Below are positions 18,549 to 26,677 of a stretch of DNA of 64,000 bases, one piece after another (the stretch's first letter is position 1; each line of letters opens with the position of its first letter). The notes under the pieces were generated by a model. The model ran no database searches, was not told where the DNA came from, and was given only the letters and a program-made list of their open reading frames with translations. Position numbers and translations under genes: made by a program. Origin of the DNA: Thermoplasmatota archaeon (lineage in GTDB: Archaea > Thermoplasmatota > Thermoplasmata > Thermoplasmatales > ARK-15); NCBI GenBank assembly GCA_031961545.1, contig JAVRLK010000001.1, positions 6,596-70,595 of the forward strand. The letters run 5' to 3'.

Positions 18549-19772
18549 CTAAAGTGCGAGAGTTCTGCGTATAGGTTCTCTATCGAGAACCATTTCACGC
18601 ATATACTCGCCGTGCCCCGACGAGGGAGCTATACGCTCCAAACCTCTTTTTAATATGTTTATTGATGCATTCAAGTCTCTATCCATATTAATTCCACAAA
18701 CAGGGCATTTGAATACCCTGTTGCTTAATTTTAGCTCATGATTAACATAGCCACAATTTGAACAGGTCTTGCTCGAGTCCTTTGGATCCACCTTTATTAT
18801 CTCTCTACCATATAGTTCCCCTTTCCATTCCAATATACGGAAAAATTCACTCAAAGATATGTATTGCAGATACTTATTCACTTTTCTCCTTACCACTTTG
18901 CTTCCTTTTTCTGATTCCTTCAACTTTTTCAAATTAAGATCTTCCACAACCACATATTCGTGGCTATTGAATATGTGGTTTATCGCCTTGTAATAGAAAT
19001 CTATCTTGATGTTCTGAATTTTCTTCAATATTTTGTCTCTCCTTCTCTCCAATCCCTCTATTCTCTTTGATCTCTTTATTCCCCTCTTTTTGTTTATTGC
19101 ACTTTTCTTATCAATTGTACTCTGCAATCTCTCCTCTTTACGAACCAGAGACATTATTCTCTTTGTCTCCAGTGATATTACTTCTCCATTGCTCATGGTT
19201 ATTGTGTTCTTTACACCCACATCTATGCCTACCGCTTCACCATTCTTTTCTTTTTCCTCTTTCTCCTTTTCGTACACAATGTAAGCAAAGAAACCATTCG
19301 CATCCTCTTTTACCCATACCTGTTTTGCTGTTCTCTTTATTCTATCCCATTCTGCCTTCTTTGTTATCTTGTCCTTGATGCTCACCCATCCAATGCTTGG
19401 AAGATAAAGCTTTATGCCCTCAAACTTAAACCCCTGTGGAAATATCAGTATGCCATCATACCTGCTTTTTTTCTTAAACTTTGGAAATCCTTTCTTTCTT
19501 TTTATTCCATCTTTCAAACTTCTATTCAATTTCCTGGCGATCTGTTGAAGCGTTTGACTTGGAGATTTTTTCAAAAATGGATATTCTTCCTTCATTCTTG
19601 TTATCTCTTTACACATATCCGAATAGAATAGAAATTTCTTCTCTTTTCTGTATATCTCCTTGTTTTTCTCCAGTAACTTATTCCACACAAACCTAATATT
19701 ACCTAATGATTGCTTGAGCAACTGAATTTTTGACCGCCTTGCGTATATTTTAACCTTGATTACACTTCTCAT
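18549..19772 (-). CDS. tnpB: TnpB (RNA-guided RuvC-like nuclease of IS200/IS605)
   Basis: RuvC-I GIDVGVKN and RuvC-II VVVEDLNLK. Zn finger CSNCGY...CPVCG. RuvC-III DRDLNASINI. Confidence 0.9.
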   Translation of the reverse strand: MRSVIKVKIYARRSKIQLLKQSLGNIRFVWNKLLEKNKEIYRKEKKFLFYSDMCKEITRMKEEYPFLKKSPSQTLQQIARKLNRSLKDGIKRKKGFPKFKKKSRYDGILIFPQGFKFEGIKLYLPSIGWVSIKDKITKKAEWDRIKRTAKQVWVKEDANGFFAYIVYEKEKEEKEKNGEAVGIDVGVKNTITMSNGEVISLETKRIMSLVRKEERLQSTIDKKSAINKKRGIKRSKRIEGLERRRDKILKKIQNIKIDFYYKAINHIFNSHEYVVVEDLNLKKLKESEKGSKVVRRKVNKYLQYISLSEFFRILEWKGELYGREIIKVDPKDSSKTCSNCGYVNHELKLSNRVFKCPVCGINMDRDLNASINILKRGLERIAPSSGHGEYMREMVLDREPIRRTLAL

Positions 19773-19820
19773 TTTCCCTATCCCATTGCATCTTTAAGCT
19801 TTATGATCTCACTACTGACA

Positions 19821-20162
19821 TTATCCACTGTGGATACAAAATTTGCCCTTGTCCATAACCTCTGAATCCTTAAATCCAAAATCTGGAAAATATTTTTTTA
19901 ACCATTTTGAAGATATTCCCTTGAAATACTTTACAATCTGAGATGGGACATATCTTGTCGGTGCTGATAAAAATAGATGTATGTGTTCTCGCATAACCTC
20001 ACCTGCTATTATCTCAATCTCATACTTATAGGCTATTTCATAGAATATCTCTTTGAATTTCTTTGCAATTTCCCCTGTTAAAATATGTCTCCTATACTTT
20101 GGTATGAAAATAATATGATAGTTCAACAGATATACTGAATCTCTGGTTGATTTAAACTGCAT
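19821..20162 (-). CDS. tnpA: IS200-type Y1 (HUH) transposase TnpA, apparently C-terminally truncated
   Basis: YHIIFIPKYRR and the HUH motif HIHLFLS. It is only 113 aa, and I find no C-terminal Tyr helix in frame. Confidence 0.7.
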   Translation of the reverse strand: MQFKSTRDSVYLLNYHIIFIPKYRRHILTGEIAKKFKEIFYEIAYKYEIEIIAGEVMREHIHLFLSAPTRYVPSQIVKYFKGISSKWLKKYFPDFGFKDSEVMDKGKFCIHSG

Positions 20163-20304
20163 TGTTTAATATATATATAATTTCTTAATAAACATTTCGA
20201 CGATTCATCCCTGCTTTAAAAAGCGATGCTTTCTCGCCATTTTTTGTAAATTACGGGGATCATGAATGAATATTGGATATCATTTTATTAAATTTTGTTG
20301 ATTT

Positions 20305-21579
20305 TTATTCAAATACCTTTTCCTCCACAAGTTCGAAATCCAGTGCATCCTCTTCCAGTTTCCTTTTATCCTTCCAGTATTCAGGATTCGTTATTTCCTT
20401 AACAAATTCATGCTTTATGATCATTTTCATAACTTCATTTGTTCCAGTCCAAATCATTCCAAGCCTTGCATCCCTGAGAAGCCTTTCAACAGGGTATACT
20501 GTGGTATATCCAATTCCACCTAAAATCTGCATGGCATTGTTAACAGCATTCCACATTGTTTCAGTTGAAACAAGCTTTGCCATGGAGATCAATTTCCTTG
20601 CATGGCCTAGCGGAATTTTCTTTTTTTCCAATTCATCCGCTGCCCTTGCTGCCTGGTAAACTAATGCCGATGCACTTGAAAGTGCTGCAAGGCTTTCAGA
20701 TATCTTAAAGCTAACACCCTCATGCTCAATAATCTTTGTTCCAAAGGCTTTTCTCCTCATTGCATAATTTGTTGCTATTTCAATTGCACCCATTCCAACA
20801 CCAACAGCACCGGCAGCTGTTGTTAACCTTTCAGGAACCATCATTAAATTGAAAACATCATACCCTTTATTCATTTCACCTATCAGATTATCTTCAGGTA
20901 TTTCAGCATCCTTGAAAACTATTCTTGCCGTACCTCCACCCTTTGTACCCATAAGTCCATAAACTGTTTCAACCTTTAAACCTGGTGTATCCCTATCAAC
21001 AATGAATGCACTTATTGCCTTTGTCCTGTTTGGATTTGATGGATCCGTTATTGCATATGTAACAAAGAAATCAGCCCCCTGTCCACCAACAATAAACCTC
21101 TTCTGACCGTTCAGTATGAATTTTCCACCACTCTTAATTGCTGTTGTTTTCATCATACCAAAAAGATCGGATCCGCCGGACGGTTCTGTTATTGCCTCAG
21201 CACCGTATAAGGTTCCGGATGTTATTCCTTTCAAATACTTTTCCTTCTGTTCCTTTGTTCCAAACTTGTTTATTGGTTCTCCAACAATCGTTCCCAAAGA
21301 ATACATACAGCTAAGGGTGAATCCAAGATAACCCATTTCCTCAACGGCTGCCATATCCCCTACCCATGTCATTTCCCTTCCACCATAGATCCTGGGGTAT
21401 CTTAACCCAAGGAGATTTTCCTTTGCAACAATTTTAATGAAATCTTTTGGGAATTTCATTTCTTCCCTTTCCATTGATCTGATTAAATCTGATGGTATTG
21501 ATTTCACTGTCCTTCTTGCAAGATATTTTATTTCCCTTTCCTGATCATTCAACAAAAAGTCCTCCATAGACTTTAACAT
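20305..21579 (-). CDS. acyl-CoA dehydrogenase
   Basis: AITEPSGGSDL and a C-terminal QILGGIGYTTVYPVERLLRDA pattern. Confidence 0.85.
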   Translation of the reverse strand: MLKSMEDFLLNDQEREIKYLARRTVKSIPSDLIRSMEREEMKFPKDFIKIVAKENLLGLRYPRIYGGREMTWVGDMAAVEEMGYLGFTLSCMYSLGTIVGEPINKFGTKEQKEKYLKGITSGTLYGAEAITEPSGGSDLFGMMKTTAIKSGGKFILNGQKRFIVGGQGADFFVTYAITDPSNPNRTKAISAFIVDRDTPGLKVETVYGLMGTKGGGTARIVFKDAEIPEDNLIGEMNKGYDVFNLMMVPERLTTAAGAVGVGMGAIEIATNYAMRRKAFGTKIIEHEGVSFKISESLAALSSASALVYQAARAADELEKKKIPLGHARKLISMAKLVSTETMWNAVNNAMQILGGIGYTTVYPVERLLRDARLGMIWTGTNEVMKMIIKHEFVKEITNPEYWKDKRKLEEDALDFELVEEKVFE

Positions 21580-21666
21580 GAAAACTCATCACATAAATCT
21601 TTGGTTTATCCAAGAATTTTGAAAAGTAGCAGAAAAAGTTTAATAGTAAATTGTTTTAGAAAAATT

Positions 21667-22680
21667 ATGAAATATTTGAAGTATGGAAACACGGGAACTT
21701 TTGTTTCCGCTCTGGCCCTTGGGTCCATGACCTTCGGTGAAAAGAACCTATGGAAACTTGGTGGTGTTAACCAGGAAACAGCGAACAAAATGGTAAAAAT
21801 TTCCATAGATGCAGGTATAAATTTATTTGATACCGCCGATGTTTATGAAGGGGGAGAGTCTGAAATAATACTTGGAAGGGCTCTTAAGGATTATAGAGAT
21901 CAGGTAATGATTGCAACAAAGGTAAGAGGGAGAACGGGAAATGGTGTTAATGAACTTGGTCTATCAAGACATCACATGACAATAGCATTGAGAAAAAGTC
22001 TTGAAAGGCTAGGGACAACATGGGTTGATATTTACCAGTATCATGGCTGGGATGTTGAAGGAAACATAAATGAAATGATAGATACAATTCAAAACTTTGT
22101 TGACCAGGGTAAAGTTCTATATCCTGCATTTTCAAACTTTGCAGCATGGCAGATGGCATATATACAGGGTATTGTTGAAGAAAGGGGATACGCAAGATAT
22201 GAAAGTGCCCAGATGAACTACAATTTAATAAACAGGGACGTTGAATATGAAGTATTACCATTTCTCAGGTTCAACAAAATGTCCCTTCTTGTATGGAGCC
22301 CTCTGCACGGTGGTCTTTTGTCGGGAAAATACGACAGGAATGAAAAGCCACCAAAGGGTACGAGGATGGGAGACAGAGGATATTTCTTCCCCTACTTCGA
22401 TGAAGAAAAGGGATGGGACATTGTTGATGAAATTAAGAACATTGCAAAAGAACAGGGCTGTAAACCATCACAGGTTGCCCTTGCCTGGCTTCTTGAAAAG
22501 GATGTCATAATCCTTCTTGGTGCAAGAACAGTTGAACAGCTCCAGGAAAATATAGAATCAATCAATGTAAAATTAACTAGGGAACAGATGGAAAGGCTTG
22601 ATAAAATATCTGCACCAAGATCCATGTATCCAAACTGGATGATTGAGAGACAAAACCAGGAAAGGGTTCCAAAACAGTGA
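21667..22680 (+). CDS. aldo/keto reductase
   Basis: MKYLKYGNTGTFVSALALGSMTFG and DTADVYEGGESEIILGRAL. I prefer the ATG at 21667 over the tracked TTG at 21601. Confidence 0.85.
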   Translation: MKYLKYGNTGTFVSALALGSMTFGEKNLWKLGGVNQETANKMVKISIDAGINLFDTADVYEGGESEIILGRALKDYRDQVMIATKVRGRTGNGVNELGLSRHHMTIALRKSLERLGTTWVDIYQYHGWDVEGNINEMIDTIQNFVDQGKVLYPAFSNFAAWQMAYIQGIVEERGYARYESAQMNYNLINRDVEYEVLPFLRFNKMSLLVWSPLHGGLLSGKYDRNEKPPKGTRMGDRGYFFPYFDEEKGWDIVDEIKNIAKEQGCKPSQVALAWLLEKDVIILLGARTVEQLQENIESINVKLTREQMERLDKISAPRSMYPNWMIERQNQERVPKQ

Positions 22681-22756
22681 AATGTCTGAAAATAATTAAA
22701 ATTTTTAAAACGTTTTAACGATACTTTTATATAATTATACCTTATTATTTTTTTAT

Positions 22757-23746
22757 ATGGAGAATAAAAAGATGATTGATCTGGAAAATACAATCGAAAG
22801 CAAGGAATATTTAAACAGGAGAGTATTTAAAAAACAGGCCATAGTTTCCATACCCATTTCTATTCTTGGTGAAGAACTAAAAGGAATAATCAAAAAGGGT
22901 ATTCTCTATTTTGATTACGCCAGCAATTCCTATTATTATTCAGTTTTTAAAACGGATCCAAACTATTATGAAATAGTTCAAAAACTAATTCAACTGAAGG
23001 GTAAAACCTTTGAGTTGGAATCCACAATATGGCTCCAAATTCCAATTGCATCTAGAATTTATCCAAAACTTGGTGAAAAGCTTCCGGCAAAAAAATTATT
23101 TGAAATTGAAGAGTGTGTATTTTATCCTTCAGGTATTGTAAAAAATGGAAGAATATACCACCTGATTCAATATACGGAGAAAGCTGAAAGAGAGTTTACG
23201 GAATTAATAATAAAATACATCAATGCATTTAATGAGATCCTAGGACCGGGTGCATTTGTTCTTGAAGAAATATCTGAAGTTACTGATTTTCTAGAATTTT
23301 TGAAAAAGTTGGATGTTAATTTAAATTTAACGGAGGTGATTTTCAGCGCTTCATATCCTGAAGATTTTATCGCCTTGGGTAAAAATCTTTCCATAGATCC
23401 TGAAAATGCTGAGTTAATTATTATGGAAAATGAAAAATTAACAACCTTCAATGTAAAGTCATTCCTCTCCTCTGATAATGAAATACGGAACTTTTTGAAG
23501 GGACCTGTATCTGAAATGCTGAATAGATTCAATTTCCCCATGTATCTTGAAATTGAATGTAAAAATGGAAAATGTATCCTAAAATTTTTATATGAAAGGG
23601 AACGTGTAAATGGTCTGTACCAAACTCTATACTGGTTAATAGACATGGGTATCGATATAATTCTTGAAAGAGTAACACAGATAAATTTAGAGGGATCATC
23701 GGGGGGAGGGGGGGATATTGAGAATATAAATCCTGAAGAATTCTGA
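22757..23746 (+). CDS. hypothetical protein with no recognisable family
   Basis: Long clean ORF of 329 aa ending in a Gly linker plus acidic tail EGSSGGGGDIENINPEEF. No motif was recognised. Confidence 0.6.
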   Translation: MENKKMIDLENTIESKEYLNRRVFKKQAIVSIPISILGEELKGIIKKGILYFDYASNSYYYSVFKTDPNYYEIVQKLIQLKGKTFELESTIWLQIPIASRIYPKLGEKLPAKKLFEIEECVFYPSGIVKNGRIYHLIQYTEKAEREFTELIIKYINAFNEILGPGAFVLEEISEVTDFLEFLKKLDVNLNLTEVIFSASYPEDFIALGKNLSIDPENAELIIMENEKLTTFNVKSFLSSDNEIRNFLKGPVSEMLNRFNFPMYLEIECKNGKCILKFLYERERVNGLYQTLYWLIDMGIDIILERVTQINLEGSSGGGGDIENINPEEF

Positions 23747-23803
23747 ATTTTGTCGGCAATTGTCGAGAATAAATTTTTATAATTGTCGATATTAAGATCA
23801 AGC

Positions 23804-23986
23804 ATGCAGGAAATTTTGGTTCCGAAAGCAAGGGAAATAAAAAACAATGAAATAGAGTGCCCTATATTGAAAATGTTTTTCGATGTGACAAACAGGGAAA
23901 AGGTCTCTTTGCTTGAATGCAAAAAGTGCAAGAATTTTGTTGGAATAAGAGAAAACCAGGTTCTTTGCGCCTATGCATGGATTTAA
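23804..23986 (+). CDS. small Cys-containing hypothetical protein (60 aa)
   Basis: MQEILVPK...ECPILK...ECKKCKNF...LCAY could form a small Zn ribbon. A TATA-like tttttata (23774-23781) lies about 25 nt upstream of the ATG, consistent with a leaderless transcript. Confidence 0.35.
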   Translation: MQEILVPKAREIKNNEIECPILKMFFDVTNREKVSLLECKKCKNFVGIRENQVLCAYAWI

Positions 23987-24006
23987 AAAATTAATTTTTA
24001 ATTTTT

Positions 24007-25470
24007 TTATTTTAGATATTTCTCCTCAAGGTATTTTATCAGGTATTCGGGATTGTATGTTTCTCCAAAACTTCTATTTAAAAGATCCTTTGGAGCGTAT
24101 ATTGATCCATGCCTGTGTATTTTTTCACGCAGAATTTCTTTTATTCCACTTATGTTATTTTTCTCCAGGTAATCACTGAATTCGGGTATTTTGTATTTTA
24201 TCATTGCTGATATAACATTTCCAAGTGTATATGTTGGAAAATAGCCAAAGGATCCATTGGCCCAGTGAATATCCTGAAGAACTCCCTCAGAAACATTTTC
24301 AGGTCTTACACCAAGATATTTTTCCATAAAATCGTCCCAGATTTCTGGCAGATCCTTTACCTCTATCTTATCTTCCAGAAGAAGTTTTTCTATTTCATAC
24401 CTTAAAACTATGTGGAAATTGTATGTAACCTCATCAGCATCAACCCTGATCAAACTTGGGTAAACTGTGTTGAAATAGGTGTAAATATCATCAACACTGT
24501 ATTTTCTTGCAGATCTGACATTTTCAACTATGTGTGGATACATCATCTCAACAAAAGGCCTTCCCCTTCCAAGTATATTTTCGAAAAACCTTGATTGTGA
24601 TTCATGCATGCCAAGGGATGGTGCACCCTTAACAGGTGTGAATTCAAGCTGTGGATCCTTTTGAAGTTCATATATGGCATGACCGGATTCATGTATTGTT
24701 GAATAGAATGTTGATTTGAAGTTTATTCCTTCGTATCTTGTTGTTATTCTCACATCGTTTATGGAAATGGATGTTGTAAATGGATGTGCTGAAACGTCCA
24801 TCCTGAACCTATCCATTGGCATTTCAAGTATTTCCAGAACTTTTCTGTTTAACATTTCCATCCTTTTAACATCATACTTTTTTCTCTCAAGAGGATGTTT
24901 CCTTGAAAACCTTCCATCCGATATTATCTTTTCAAGTATGGGTTTACATTTATACTGTATTGTTCCAAAAACATTATCTGCATCGTCAACGGTGAAACCT
25001 TCCTCAAAAAGATCAAGGAGTGCATTGTATGGATGTTTTTCATAACCCAGTTTTTCAGCTATTATTCTTTCAATTTCAACTATTCTCTCAAGGTAGGGGC
25101 TGAATCTGTAAAAATCACCCTTTTTCCTAGCCTCCCTCCATACAACTGAAGATTCCGTTGTTACCTTGCTCAGATCCTTTAGAACTTCTGGAGGTATTGA
25201 TACATAGAAATGTATATCCCTCTTCAATCTTCTTACAATACCCCTATCAAAATCTTCAAGATCACGATCTTCAATACTCTCAACCCTTTCCTTTATTCTG
25301 TAAAAAAATTCCTGCTGCATTAGTTCAAGGTTGGATATTACCTCACCCCTTATTTCAATACCACCCTGTGGCATGTATGTTTCAAGATCCCAGTTCAAAA
25401 GTCTCTGTGCATGTGATATTGACTCATATTTTCTATATTCACCAAGAATTTCCTTGATCTTTTCGTTCAT
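24007..25470 (-). CDS. M32 carboxypeptidase (carboxypeptidase Taq family)
   Basis: HESGHAIYE zinc motif, GMHESQSRFFEN and DIHWANGSFGYFPTYTLG. Confidence 0.9.
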   Translation of the reverse strand: MNEKIKEILGEYRKYESISHAQRLLNWDLETYMPQGGIEIRGEVISNLELMQQEFFYRIKERVESIEDRDLEDFDRGIVRRLKRDIHFYVSIPPEVLKDLSKVTTESSVVWREARKKGDFYRFSPYLERIVEIERIIAEKLGYEKHPYNALLDLFEEGFTVDDADNVFGTIQYKCKPILEKIISDGRFSRKHPLERKKYDVKRMEMLNRKVLEILEMPMDRFRMDVSAHPFTTSISINDVRITTRYEGINFKSTFYSTIHESGHAIYELQKDPQLEFTPVKGAPSLGMHESQSRFFENILGRGRPFVEMMYPHIVENVRSARKYSVDDIYTYFNTVYPSLIRVDADEVTYNFHIVLRYEIEKLLLEDKIEVKDLPEIWDDFMEKYLGVRPENVSEGVLQDIHWANGSFGYFPTYTLGNVISAMIKYKIPEFSDYLEKNNISGIKEILREKIHRHGSIYAPKDLLNRSFGETYNPEYLIKYLEEKYLK

Positions 25471-25553
25471 GAAAAGTTCATGAAAATTTTAATTAAAAAT
25501 TTTTTGGTAGTTTTTTAAAAAATTTTTTATATGTTTAAATTCTATTTTTAAAC

Positions 25554-26036
25554 ATGAGCATCCTTGATGAGATGGATGCCTACAGCGGAAAGATAACAAA
25601 AATACTTCATCAGCATCATATTGAAATTATTAAGGAGTGTGAAAATTTTTTGAATGGTAATATGGATGATAAAAAATTCCTCGAATTTGTTGAAAATTTT
25701 GTTGAAACACATATGGAAATTGATGAAAAAATAGTTATACCTGAGTTAAAAAAGAAAATTGAAAGGTATTACCAGTTAATTTTTGATAGAGAAATTCATG
25801 AAATGAATGCTGAGCATTTTGGAATAAGAAACCTGGTTTACAAGGCGAAAATACATGAGAATAAAAGGGATTATACCATTGAACTGGTAAGAAGAATAAT
25901 AATTTCAACATACAAGGAGGAAAAAATTTTCTTTGGATTAATTGAAAAACATACAGATGAAAACGATAAGGATAGAATTGTTAAGAATATTGATGGTTTC
26001 CTAGGGGATAGGAAAAAGGATTTTAAAGTTTTATAA
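25554..26036 (+). CDS. hypothetical protein, possibly a hemerythrin-like HHE domain
   Basis: Repeated H/E-rich helices: HQHHIEIIKE, THMEIDEKIVIPEL and AEHFGIRNL. Confidence 0.35.
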   Translation: MSILDEMDAYSGKITKILHQHHIEIIKECENFLNGNMDDKKFLEFVENFVETHMEIDEKIVIPELKKKIERYYQLIFDREIHEMNAEHFGIRNLVYKAKIHENKRDYTIELVRRIIISTYKEEKIFFGLIEKHTDENDKDRIVKNIDGFLGDRKKDFKVL

Positions 26037-26074
26037 AACAAAAATTTTTTTAACATTAAAATTTTTTGTTAATT

Positions 26075-26677
26075 ATGAGCGTGAAAATTTCTATAATATA
26101 TTATTCTCTCTATGGATCCACATACCTTCTTGCAAAGGAGATTGAAAAGGGAGCTCTTGATGAGGGGGCTGAGGTAAGATTGAGAAGGGTGCAGGAAACG
26201 ATACCTGAAGAAATATGGAAGAATTTAAAGGGCGTTCCAGAAGCTAAAGAAATGCAGAAGGATGTTCCAATAGCAACAATTGATGATCTTGTATGGGCAG
26301 ATGGTATTGTTCTTGGTTCACCAACAAGATTTGGTAATATGGCCGGGCAGATGAAAAATTTTCTTGATCAAACAGGATCTCTCTGGGCAAAGGGTCTTCT
26401 TTATGGAAAACCGATCGCATTTTTCACAGGTGCATCAACAATACATGGTGGTCATGAAACAACAATACTCACCATGTCAACCTTTGCATACCATCATGGT
26501 ATGATAATCGTACCGTTGGGTTATCCAAGCGATTACGTGGGAAAAACGAGATCTGGTGGTGGACCCTATGGACCATCACACAATGGAAATTCAAGGGACT
26601 TAACTGGTGAGGAAAGAGAAATTGCCAGGGAAATGGGAAAAAGGATAGTTCAGGTTGCTAAAAAATTAAAGGATTAA
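26075..26677 (+). CDS. wrbA: NAD(P)H:quinone oxidoreductase, WrbA-type flavodoxin-like protein
   Basis: KISIIYYSLYGSTYLLAKEI, GSPTRFGNMAGQMKNFLD and GGHETT. Confidence 0.85.
   Translation: MSVKISIIYYSLYGSTYLLAKEIEKGALDEGAEVRLRRVQETIPEEIWKNLKGVPEAKEMQKDVPIATIDDLVWADGIVLGSPTRFGNMAGQMKNFLDQTGSLWAKGLLYGKPIAFFTGASTIHGGHETTILTMSTFAYHHGMIIVPLGYPSDYVGKTRSGGGPYGPSHNGNSRDLTGEEREIAREMGKRIVQVAKKLKD

Larger units (their letters stand above)
18536..20255 (-). mobile_element. IS200/IS605-family element (tnpA plus tnpB); ends approximate
   Basis: A Y1 HUH transposase gene is followed by a tnpB gene. Stem-loops lie at the tnpB 3' end (18545-18558, 18575-18590, 18625-18639). Confidence 0.7.

Noticed and set aside
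23701-23714. The G6-A-G7 tract as a phase-variation switch.
   Set aside because: A +1 or -1 slip would alter only the last 11 or so residues and hits a stop within a few codons, so it would not switch the gene on or off. It is kept only as a note within the orphan-gene finding.
23167-23931. A 254-aa ORF on the minus strand overlapping the 329-aa orphan gene.
   Set aside because: It is fully antisense to a better ORF. It is rich in low-complexity Ser/Phe/Ile, as expected from reading an AT-rich gene backwards, and has no motifs. I treat it as a shadow ORF.
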